Shown piece after piece: positions 1-11,716 of a DNA stretch of 64,000 bases. Where the stretch lies: NCBI RefSeq assembly GCF_009914755.1, contig NC_060930.1; one strand, given 5' to 3'. The position numbers were made by a program, and so were the translations under genes. The notes under the pieces are model-generated. The model made no database searches and was not told the origin of the DNA. It saw nothing but the letters and a program-made list of their open reading frames with translations. This DNA is from the human T2T-CHM13v2.0 reference genome, Homo sapiens. Position 1 is the first letter of the stretch. Each line of letters opens with the position of its first letter.

Positions 1-2161
1 ACTTGAAAAACAAAGCAGGAAGAGTCAAATTGTGAATAAGAAAAAATAAGAAAATAATTTTGGAAAAATGAAGCCATGTAGCTCAAATAAGCTAACAGTA
101 CTGGGCTCCACTCACCTAAGCTAGAATAGCAAAACAAAGGGCAGTCTTTGTAAGGAGGCCAGAAGAAATGTAGAGCATACATAAGAGTCCACATTTTCAC
201 ATCAGTTTGTAAATATTAATACTCAAACATAAATACTGATAGCCTCTTCTGTTATCTCAAAATACAAGGAACCAAACAGAAGACTTGTATGCATCTGAAG
301 AGCTATAAAAATATAAAAGGAAGTCCTGTATAATAGGAAACATTTTGAAGGCCACAATATACTGAAACTTAAAGGTCTACTCTGAATGATCTGTGATAGC
401 AGAAGTTATAGTACACCCGGAGATAACAGATAGCAAATCTAATTTGCAACCTTATCAAATCGTTATAAGACCAGCTAAAAGGTATCCAAATAGAATGAAT
501 TAAAAGGGTTTTCTTCCTTTTCATTTTCCTAATTGGTATAAGTAATAATAAGAAAAAACATATAAAGGCATATCAAAGAGAAAGGAGAGATAAACAGATG
601 AAGAAAAGGTTTGGGGAAATCACAAAATATAGCAATTTCCACAGAACACAGAATTATGTATTTTGGACTTCCTAATTTAAAGTAAGACTTCAGTGATGTC
701 TGACTCCAGAAATTACTAACAGTAATAATTGTATAATTATCAGCAAATTAATTACTGCTCTTTAACCCAATATTTTCAAGTTTATGAGAGTCTTAATAAT
801 TTTCACCTTCTTTTTTTAGGAAGGAATATCACTTACATAATTCCTAAATAAATATATCCAATGTAGTGACAGCATATAAATCTGATCACCCATGTGTTTA
901 AAAGCCCAGACTCCAGCTAATATCACTTTAAAATGAATAATGTCAAGACCAGTCAAAAACATTCACTGCTTGAAGGAAAATGCCAGGACATGCAAAGCAA
1001 TATTATTATAAAAAATAATAATAATTTGTATGTACTAACTTTTCAAAAAGTACCATAAAAGGAAGAATATTGTGTGGATGAGAATGTTCCTTTCTTACTT
1101 TGCAAACTGTTTTCTATTTACTACCAATTTGTGGTGGGAGGAGTTGGGCACATTTTTAAAATTTATTATTTGTAAAAAAAGTTACATTGAAAAAAAAACC
1201 CTCATTTGGGCTAATGCACAGGGCCAGGTTCACTGATAAAGTCACTAAGAGGTTGCTGATTATGTATTCCATATGCATCACGAAAATGCTTACCGATTCC
1301 ATATGAAGTCCTTCCTTACCAAAAGAAGTATTTGATTTAATTGAGAAAATATACCTAGCTCTTTGAGTAAAGACCATGTTGACAGGCTAAAGAATCAGTC
1401 ACGTGATAGATGAAATATAATTCTGGTTACATTTAACCAGTGACTGCAATGACTATTACCCCTATTAATCACCATCATCATAACCACTACTGTGAACTCC
1501 TAGTACCTGCCAGGTATTTAATCCTCATAGAGCCTTATGAACTAAGCAGCATCCTTATTTAATGCAAAACAATTGTTTCAAAGCACAGTGACCCCAATGA
1601 GCTGACTCAACCAGAGGAGTCCAGAACTCACAGTGCAATACACAAGGAGGCCATCTGCACTCAATGTCCAGGCCATGTCCATTCTCAGGAGGCACTGATA
1701 AAACAGTCGCTTGAACATAATTTAAATTAGGTACCACCAATTTAAATGTCACTTAACACTTAGGATACTTTGGAAATAACTGTAAAAGCCAAACTTGGGA
1801 GTAGATGGAAAATTAAATGTTGCAAACAAAGACATTTAAGTTAGTGGTTCAGATTATTAATTTCATCTTCTAACATTTATTATAGCTATTGAAAAAATTA
1901 AGGCTTTGCTTTTCACACTTTTAAATATATGTCTTCCTAATGGGTTTTTCATCTAACTGCCTCATATCCCTTTAATTATCCAAAACTTTTTCCAAACAGC
2001 ACCATGTGCCCATAACAATGAAAATTATTGGTGGCAAATGAAGACTGAACCATGAACCTTACGGGCCAAATGAAAAGGGGTCTCTGGAATGTCCACACTT
2101 GATATTTCTACACTCACTGGATGCTCAAAAGCTACACTAGCATATCAAGTTCTTAGGCAGT

Positions 2162-2201
2162 GGAGATTATTTTAGACAAAGGGAGATTATTTTAGACAAA
2201 G
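2162..2201. repeat. Perfect 20-bp tandem duplication
   Basis: ggagattattttagacaaag x2. Confidence 0.95.
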
Positions 2202-3286
2202 CTTAGGGCAGTTGTTGGCACTACATAAACTACAACGCTATCGCTAAAAAACCACCTGACATCATCTTGTCTTAAGATGTTCACAGGTAAAGCAGACACT
2301 ATTAGTGGGTTTAGTTTAGAAGCTGTCTTCCCAGATGATTAGACACTTTCCTCTCTTGTTCGTTATCAGTCATCAGGTTTTAAAATAGCTCCAGTTTATT
2401 TGGAGGAAAATTAAGTAACAAGCTGTACAATTTTAGAATCATGAATAACATTTAGAATTTCAGAAATTCAAATCTTGTGACCTAAATTAGGAATACAATT
2501 TTTTTTTCCAATTTTTCTTTACTGTGTAAAGGGTTAATTAAAGTATGAGTTTGCTTGGATTTTTTAAAAAAATTACCAAGCCCTAAAATCAGTATCATAT
2601 AAATTTCTGATGCCAAAAATCTGTTTGACAGAGCAGGCTTTACTATACTGACATTTTAACAGTAGCCAAAGTCCTGTTCCCACTAAATTCTGTCTTGGCA
2701 GCACCAATAATTTGCTAAAAGCCTAAACTCCTCCTGGTAACTAATGTGTTCTCAACCTCAGGAGCTTTCCACAGCAGCACAGTGCAACAAGGAAGCTGAA
2801 TCCATCAAGTCCTTCCTTAAGATTTCTATTCTTATTACAGAAATCATGATTTCTATAAAATGAGAATGGTTTAAAATACAGAAAGATGCTAATTTACTTC
2901 AAATATTCATTACATCTTAGATGTGAATCTGACAAAATGCAATAAAACTACATATAAAAACCTTATTCAAAGTAAAATCTGATATTTTTACATTACTTCA
3001 AGATTATAATAAGCAAATCATCATTAATACATCAAATAAAATAATCTGGTTTCGAACTATAAATGACAACATTTTCTAATCTTCAGCTAAAATCAGACAT
3101 TTCCAGAAATGCAATAAAGTATGAATATTTTCATTTAGATAATATCCAAAACATCTATCACAGGTTTCAAGAGCCTCAAATAATTACTGTCAAAATTTCA
3201 CATAAAGCTCATTTAATATTGTGCTTGAGGAATCTTTCCAATAACTTTGAAATCAAACCATATAGAAAGCACTTGGCTTGACTTAC

Positions 3287-3399
3287 CTAGTGGCTGTATG
3301 TTAAAGCATCGGTAAAAGAGCATTCCAACCAAATCAATTCACTTAATTTTTCAAGTAGATCTGATTACTATGGTCTTTTAAAAAATTCAAAGGCTCCAC
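3287..3399 (-). other. HIVEP2: Internal non-coding (5'UTR-type) exon, 113 bp; tentatively HIVEP2 exon 2
   Basis: Minus strand reads tctttgtttttttctcattag|GTGGAGCC...CAGCCACTAG|gtaagt: a polypyrimidine acceptor and a consensus donor. Stops occur in all three frames. The gene name rests only on my recollection that HIVEP2 is minus-strand with a ~113-nt untranslated exon 2 after a >100-kb intron 1. Exon confidence is higher (~0.8) than the name. Confidence 0.6.
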
Positions 3400-4584
3400 C
3401 TAATGAGAAAAAAACAAAGAACTACATTTAAACCGGAGCGTGATTATAGGAGCTATACATTAATAACACAAAAATCAAATCCAGAGTATTATGATATTAT
3501 ACTATCTTTTCCTACGTTACTGTGCTACTTAAAGCTATCAAACAACAAAAGCGTCTAGGAATTAAGTTAAATTTTCCAGTTTGGGGTAAAATGAATGTTC
3601 AAGCATAGAGAAAACAATAAAAGAATACAACAAAGTGTGAGAACAGAAGAGTTTGTTATTGGCAGGTGGAAATAATGGTTATACAATGTCAGTTAAGACA
3701 TTAAAATTAGAGATGGGGGAAAATGCAATTTATTGCTTTGGAATTATACTCATTGATTCTTCTAATTTACTGATGCAATGAAAATTTGTAGGTGACAGTT
3801 CCTGAAAGCCATTAAGCCCTAGCTACATGCAATCTCTGTTGAGAAATAGAAACTAATATCTAGACAGATCATTTAAACATAAAAATGGTCAAGAAGTCTT
3901 GGAGATAATTCACTGGCATGGATTTCCAAATCATTCTGAGAATGTTACACCTTGTCTCCACAGAAAGTGTTTACTCTCCTAAGGACTCACAAATAGCTTA
4001 ATTATTATTTATAAATAATATTGGTTTATTCCATTCACTTTGCCAGTAGAACCACTTTTCCTGAATTTCAAACATTAAATTACTATCTCAGCTCTAAGAG
4101 AAAGTTTGAGAGAAAGCAAGCATTAACTTAACTAGAGAGAGAGCCTAAAATGAATGCTAGAGGGTTGAGCAGAAGAGTGAAATAGAAAATTGGACAGTTT
4201 CTAGCTACTCCCAAATTAGGTCTTCCCAAGGTAGACTTAGTATGTTCAAACATACTAATATTTCAAAAAGTCTCTGAACATCAAACACAATCATATTCAA
4301 GTGAAAGTTCAAAAACTTATTCCAAAGCCATAAGCACAAGATTTTTTAATTGTGCAATTTGAAATTGGCCATGCACTGCCACTCCCCCAAACCCACTAAC
4401 CACATTAACAAAATTAATTGATAATCTCAGTATTAAAAAATAAAGGTTGAAACAGATGTTATCCACTAGTATTAGAAGGTAGTTGCTCCAGAAAAGAACA
4501 AAACAAAAGATGTTGCTAACAATAGAGAAGACAAATAGCAGTAACTATACATACTAACTAGAAATCCATGTAGTCATGGGAAAT

Positions 4585-4760
4585 ATGTTTTCACTTTCAA
4601 GAAAACCTGTGTCTAGATTCTAGTCTTACTGCTATTCAAGAAACAATTATTTAGGAAACTCATTTGGACATGGTCTCAAAAGACTTCTTCATTAACAGAG
4701 ATAAATAATCTTTATTCCAGGGTTCTTGCCATAAACATGACAAGACAAATGTCAAATGGT
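4585..4760 (+). mobile_element. MIR fragment, degraded
   Basis: acctgtgtctagattctagtcttactgct...aggaaactcattt resembles the MIR core; boundaries approximate. Confidence 0.45.
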
Positions 4761-5728
4761 TTGGTTATTTAAAATTACACTGAATCAACAAACACAATCA
4801 CCTGAACAATGAACTGCAAAATGATTCAACACACACATTTTTCGCATTTGAATATCTAGAGCGGCGAAAATATTTCTGTACTTTTCCTAACATTTTATGC
4901 AAAAGTTACAAAGCCTCTCTCAAATAATATTTGGTAGCTAGCTTCATAATACCACTTCTCAATACTTCCCAGGATGGTTTCGTGCAGAAGCTAGCATAAC
5001 TTTTCTTTCTGTTAGTCACTTTCCAAGAAAGAGGTAGGGCACTCCCTTCAAGATGCAGGACAAACTTCAAGATTCTTAAAAATCCTTTCTCATTGATTTC
5101 TCGATGTACAATGTAAAACTGACTTACGCAAAAGTCTTTTTCAGTCCCTCTTCATTTCTTAGGTAGGGTATTGTTTTCTAAAATTATGTAATTCTTGCCT
5201 CGTAAGAGGTCTTCCATTTCCTAAGACAACCAGTCATTAAGCAATATGTTAAAAGGTTTTTCACCTGTATTGCAGCAACTATGCTCTCATTTCTAACTGG
5301 TTGTCTAAGTGGTCAGTGACTTCAATCTACTTAGGAATTTTTCAGTGTTCCCATAGAGTACCTAAAAGTGGTAGTAATGGACACCTCATATCAAAGTTCA
5401 AAAGCACTAAGTACAAAATATATTAGTCACCCATATGGATGATTCAGCTAAATGACTGTACTGATTAGCCCAGAAGAAGCAGATCTGTTGCCTGTGCAAC
5501 AGGTAAGCCTCGCGTACAAACCACAATATAATATTTATTTAGAAATGTTCACTTCCTTAAAAATAACCACATATAATGAAAGGAAAATAAACACACGATG
5601 GTAAATGGCCTACAATCGCTACACCATACAGCAGTGCAACACCTCAAATAATTTTATAACCTGATGAAAGTCACTGACTCTAAACTTCCTTACTTTTAAT
5701 TTGTTTGTATTGCCTGCCTTACCAACCT

Positions 5729-5755
5729 GGGCAGGGGTTGGGGGTTGGGGGAGGG
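5729..5755 (+). other. G-quadruplex motif
   Basis: GGG-ca-GGGG-tt-GGGGG-tt-GGGGG-a-GGG. Confidence 0.75.
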
Positions 5756-6149
5756 ACTCTTAGTGTTTTTTGGCTCTATCAGAAAATCTAAGGACATCTG
5801 ACCTTTGTATTTCAGTTATATGTTACATGGTCTAAACAATGGAGCAATTTATCATTAGCTAATATTTGATCATGCTTGTCACCAATTGGTTTGTTTCAGT
5901 TATTCGCATGTAATAAATCAGATGTACACACAATGCTGGGCTTGAGTGACTTTCTCTAGCTGAGTGGTCTACCGGGAGTAGTACACAGGAACCATGCTCC
6001 CTGAGTTCACCAGGACACTCCCTGGGAGCAGTTGAATTGATCATACTGTTGCAATACTGATCACAGTAAATGAGCTTTTTGAGGAGCCCTCTAGAGTAGC
6101 AACCACACTCTCGAGTAAGCCTGTGTATCATAATGTCTCTATAGACCTA

Positions 6150-6285
6150 AATAACTCTTTTAATAGTCATCAAACACTCTCCTTTCATTGACAATGAAAC
6201 TGAAGCCCAGAAGGTCACTTGCAAAAGGTCATGCAACTAGAAGCAGTTTTCCTGAATACTATTCTACTGTTTTCCCCTTTGCATC
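6150..6285 (-). mobile_element. MIR fragment
   Basis: aatgaaactgaagcccagaaggtcacttgcaaaaggtcatgcaactag matches the reverse MIR core. Confidence 0.65.
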
Positions 6286-6689
6286 GTAGAGCCACTGTGC
6301 CTCTCATAGGCAAAAATTCAATCATGGCTAGCAAGAGTTTACTGAACAGCAACTATGTTAAACTTGCTTATCAGCTTAGGATGGGAAGGAAAAGGGGAGA
6401 GTAATGAGTTCAGAGTGAGAGAGAACAGACCTCAAATACCACGGTCTCCAGAGTACCCCCTTCATCATGGTTACAATCAACTCGTCTCTTCACAAACCCA
6501 GTGGAGAAGTGGCCAATTAAAATAGGGAAATCAAGAATACCTTGACAAGTTATACGCCCAAGACATCTTAACTATTTTGTAGGGTTTCAAAGTGACTCTT
6601 GAAAAGCCCTCCCCTTGTGGCTAATTAGTACAGCTATCCTTATTTATTTATATTAATATTATTTTTCCTTATAAACACTTAAAACATTG

Positions 6690-8080
6690 ATGACATTTTT
6701 AACCAGAAAAACACCATTTATCCCATTACCCAAACACAATCTTTTCATTTTTAAAAATTTTAATCTATTATTTGTCCCCATGTAAGCATATTTTCACTGA
6801 GATGTCCTCATAATGCACATATAATTGTGTATTCTGATTTTTTAATTTAACATTTCGTAAGTATGTTATTTCCATGAAATTCAGTTTTCATTTTTACTAG
6901 CCATATGATATTCCATAAAGCTAACATAAAGTCATTTCCTTCATCATTCCTATATGTGGCAACATTTCAAATGTTCTCACTAATTTTCAGTACCACCAAT
7001 ACTGTTTTTTCTTAGAATATTCTCAAAAATAGGATTATCAAATTGAAAGGCAAAAATATGTTTATAATGGACTTCATATTTATGGCCATATTGATTTCAA
7101 GAGATTGAAATTATCTACAAAGCCACCAGCAGTAGATGTGCATTCTACTTTCACCAAACTTCCTCACCATTGCATGTAATTAAAATTTCTTTTCAGAGGC
7201 TTATTTAATGTAATATGATATTTAAGGGTGTCATTTTTATTTTAATGGTGACCATAATTATTCTCTTATTTAAAAATTATTTTATTGTCTTTCACCTCTA
7301 ATATAAAATGTATCTACTCACATAATTTGACTACCTTTAGGTCATAGTTCTTCTTATGAACTTAAATGACCCTTTATGTAATATATATTAATTTTTTATA
7401 CATTTTTTCCTGTAAATTTGTTTTAACCATTTAATATATCAGGCATATATTTAGATCCATAGCATAAGGTATGTATTCAGATAGTTCTGACCAATTCCAA
7501 ATTATCCATAATACTATTTACTAAGTTTTCCTTCCTCACACATCTTTCTATAAGCTTGCTTTATTATGTTGTATTATAATTTGTCTATTTCTGGGCTCAC
7601 CCTTTAGTTACATCAATCCACATATTTAAAATGGAACTTTTGTTCAGACTGCCAGTATGATGTGACTGGCATTGTGTTAGGTCGTTTTCATGTGCATAAT
7701 CACATGAACTTTGTGTGTGTGTGTGTTAGTTTTAATTACTGTTGTTTCGTAGTATGTTCAAATCCATGGTAGAGCTAGAAACTACTCTTCATTTTCTTTT
7801 TTCAAATGTTCATCGATATTTTCTTTTCTGCATGAGTATATGTGGGAAATTTTCACCCATTTTTTCAGATTATATTATTTAATTAAGTGTACTGTTTGCC
7901 CTCCATATTCAGTCATACTCAGAATATTCCCATTAGCAGTCTGATTAAAATTGAGTTGAATTATATACATATGCATCTTTTCAACATTTTGTTGTCCCAT
8001 GTTTAAAAAAATTGCATATTATTATGAATCTCTACATATACGACATTTTAACATTTATATTCAATAGACATTTATATTCT
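6690..8080 (-). mobile_element. Ancient L1M (L1ME-like) fragment
   Basis: T-rich stretch with L1 3' antisense motifs (ccatatgatattccat..., aggattatcaaattgaaagg..., ccaccagcagtagatgtg...); boundaries approximate. Confidence 0.65.
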
Positions 8081-9356
8081 GCAAGTCTCCTGATTCTCTG
8101 TCTTTCCTCATTTCCATTTCACTTGCTTGGAAATACTTCATTCTTCATGTCCAGCAGTTAAATTGTGTGAATTCCTCACAAGGTTCCCTAAATCACTTCC
8201 TTTACATGCCGGAAAATGCTGATTAAATAGAAGACAAGTACTTAAAATCCTATCTTAAATAAAATATCTTCATTTCCTTGACCAAAATGAAATTAAAACT
8301 GCATGTAAACAATATCACCACCACAAAATAATATCTCATGTAACCATTCTATTCCTTAGAATATTTACATGACAAAGCCCTGAGTTCCTTTAAAACACAG
8401 CTGAATGGCTTCAGCTAGCTAGAGCCCTCCTCCTTCCCTTCCACCCACCATTGTCTCTTATTTCTGCTATCTGTGAAACAGTTCTGAGTTCAAAGATAGA
8501 GAAAAAGTGCAGAAATACAAATCACTTAAAATTATAAATAAAATATGTTAAACCTAAGTTTGACTGAAAATAGTCTAAATTTTGTTGTGCATGTTAACTA
8601 AATCCACGTGTTATCTTCCTTGATTTCACAAAGCTAGGTACTCTCAAGGAATCTTATGGTTTACATAACCGATATGGTACATGAAGAATTCTAGACTCTG
8701 TACTGAAAGGGAAGAGAAGGACAAAAAGAAAAAATGGGAAGAAAAAAAAGACCTGAACGTCTGTGTGTAGATAGGCAAATAAGAACTGAAACTGTTTGCC
8801 ATCCGCACTTTGAAAGTCACACTATGTGTCAAGTTTGTCAAGTCGAGTGAAAGAAGGAGTGATGTGCTTCTCCACTTTCCTGAAGAACCACGTAGAAAAT
8901 GTGGCAAATATTTAATTTAAGCCTTGTTTCCTGAAAGACTGCAAGATGCCCACAAATTTTCTTTCCCAGAGTTCAAAATAGCAAGCTGAGTGGGTGTAAG
9001 CACTTTAAGTGAAAAAAAAAAAGTAACTAAGGAAAAGGAAATCGTACTTTCTGCTTCTTAGTATAAGATTTTTTTTTAAAGGCCATTTAAAGAGATATTA
9101 GTGATTAGGATCTGGTGGTTGTCTTGAATCAGAATACAAATACAGTCCTGGTGACCTCAGACAGAGCCCCCTGGCCACATTTAAACATGATTCATTCTGT
9201 GTAAAGATGAAACTGACAACATCGTAGTTACAGTAAGAGCAAGCTGTTGTCTGCTACGATCAGATACCTAAATCACAACAGGAAAACACTTGCACGAAGG
9301 GAAAGCTGAATGTCTATAGGGCCTCTACCCTTTCCCAAGAGAGGGACCTTCCTCAG

Positions 9357-9497
9357 CAGTGCTTTATAATATTTTCACATGTAGATGAGTCACCAGGGGA
9401 GCTTGTTAAAAATATGGGTTCTGATTCCGAAAGTCTACGTGGAACCCCAAAGTTCCCAGGTGATAAGTTCGCTGGTCTACACTTTGAGAAGCAAGAC
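9357..9497. mobile_element. MER5A-like hAT-Charlie element
   Basis: cagtgcttt...gagtcaccaggggagcttgttaaaaat...cccaggtgat...acactttgagaagca. Confidence 0.7.
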
Positions 9498-11116
9498 TGT
9501 AGTCTGTAACAATAGTTTCCTAATAGCCAGACACCAGAAATCACAATCAACCAATTAAGAACACTTACTAGTTACCTGTGCCAGTTGTTATAATAAAGTA
9601 CATAACAGGTGACCTGAGCTAATACAGAAAAAAAGTATGTTTTAAAAAAATAAAAGCTAAATGTGTGAAAAAGACTCTAAGGATAATAGGAGTTGAGAAC
9701 AGGAAGAGTTCTGTGGGGACTAGAGTGGTCGCAAATGGCTTCATAGAGCAAGCTGGACGTGTGCAGCCCCAAGTTAAGGGAAGGGGTGGATGTAGAGAAA
9801 GAAAGAGCAGGCCACCACTAAGGGCAATTCTAGAAGGGAGAGCCTAGAGTTCCCACAAGAGAAAGCTACGGTGAGCCTGCTTTGTGGTTATAGATATTAT
9901 CATTGGAAGCTTTTAATCAGAATTCACTTTGAACCAGGTGAAAGGAAACTCTGGCCTTGTTTAAAATTTGTCGGTTTGGAAATTATAATTCTATTCCAGG
10001 ACAGGAAAGAATGGGTAGTTTTGCCTTAGTCTTATGCAAATTTTCTCCATTGGCAGCAGCAATAGTGTTATGAATGACATTTTAGGTTTGAGCCTGGGAG
10101 CACAAAATTACCATTTTTGTACATATATTTATGCATATGTATGCCTTTGGTTAACATATGTCTTTAATGATTAAGACTTTCAGAGCATTAGAATCATAAC
10201 TTTTCACTACAATAGATTTAATAATCTTCTGTTACTTCGAGTACTTGAATTTTACTTTTATTATAAAAAGAATTTTTTTCTCCTGTAACATACTTTCGGA
10301 TGGCACATACCCACACAACACCCTCAACTCCAGCAATATTCTTCCATTCTTCTCTTTCCTCCCACACTGGCTGACAATGGGAAGAAAACATATCCAGAAA
10401 CAGAATGAAATTATTAATGAATTATACCTTATGTGTTTTTTTTAATCTTAAAAGAGTTTTTCCTACCAACCCACAATACGTTGGGTATTGCACAATGGAT
10501 TCAACAGAAAAGCAACTGAGGATTCCACAGGTCAATACAAACATAAACATTCAATCTCTAAACTTTTTTTTTTTAATGAAGAGAATTGCAGAGGGATGAG
10601 CATACTTGCAAGCTGCAAGAGGGAAGTATTTGAAAGAGAAACCTAATATTTTAGCTCTCCTAAGTCAGGTCAGTAATCTCACTGAGTTCTATTTCCATCT
10701 TTTCATCTTGGGAACTATGAAATTCGTCATCTTATTGTAAGCATTAAGAAATGGTACTTGGAAGACTTACAAATCTTATGTTTCACATTAATGTTAAATG
10801 CCATGACTATGGTTTAGCCACAGTTACTGTCCGAGGTATGTTTCTCTCCTACCAAACTTCACTATGCTTCCTGTTCTTAGTAAGGAAGTCAGAATTTAGG
10901 CAATGAATTACGGCAAAACTGCTATTTCAAAGCATCAAGGCTTGAATGTTAACAAGATACCTGTAACACTGCGATTGGGCCGAACAAGATCCTAGTATTC
11001 AGGATGTACCAACAGAGTCACCTTCCCTCCCGTCAATCCAATGCACACACACATGCAAACACTCACTAGTGACAAGAAAAAAAATATTAATATGAGAATG
11101 CTAAATTACTGCTACT

Positions 11117-11174
11117 TATGAATGGTTACAAAAACAATAAACACATATGAATGGTTGCAAAAACAATAAACAAA
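11117..11174. repeat. 29-bp tandem duplication
   Basis: tatgaatggtt(a/g)caaaaacaataaaca(c/a)a x2. Confidence 0.9.
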
Positions 11175-11660
11175 ATGCAAACAGGCACACCCTAGTGAGA
11201 CCACGAAGTGTGTCTTCTACAAATCTCTTCCCCTTTCTATCCTGGTCCTGTTCAGGTGACCTGGCCTAACCTGGACATGGGGTCTTTGCAGGCTGCACGC
11301 TGCATCTACTGCAGAAAAGAGCTGGTAAGATTTTTCATGCTAGGTTGTCAAAAATGTAACGTGTTCTCATTATGAAAACATTTACATTAAGAAAACAGCA
11401 AAAACAAACAAAAATCTTGGGACATCATGAAACTTAATACAAACAAATAACTGTTGGTGAAGAGACAGATTTGGGGGAGGGGTTTTGCAAGAATAGAAGC
11501 AAGACTTCCTCCTCTGTGGGAAATATTAGTAATTCTATTAAGGCACAGTGCAAGGTGTGTCATAGACACTAGAAGCAGATATGGTTTACTTTCAGTTCTC
11601 TGAGGTGATTCTTATTGGAATTGAAGTGGCTCTTCTGAAAACAATTAATCAACAATAAGT

Positions 11661-11716
11661 TCTCTCTCCCTCCCTCTCTCTCTTTCTCTCTTCAAAGTGT
11701 GTGTGTGTATATATAC
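11661..11716. repeat. Compound (CT)n/(GT)n/(AT)n microsatellite
   Basis: tctctctccctccctctctctctttctctc...gtgtgtgtgtgtatatatac. Confidence 0.8.

Noticed and set aside
1294-1386. Possible minus-strand exon matching the 73-aa ORF (donors at ~1293 and ~1319)
   Set aside because: Weak polypyrimidine tract and unrecognisable peptide; likely a pseudo-exon
7650-7671. Hairpin TGCCAGT-atgatgtg-ACTGGCA as a snoRNA/miRNA
   Set aside because: Stem is only 7 bp, box C is imperfect, no box D is arranged appropriately, and it lies within an L1 fragment
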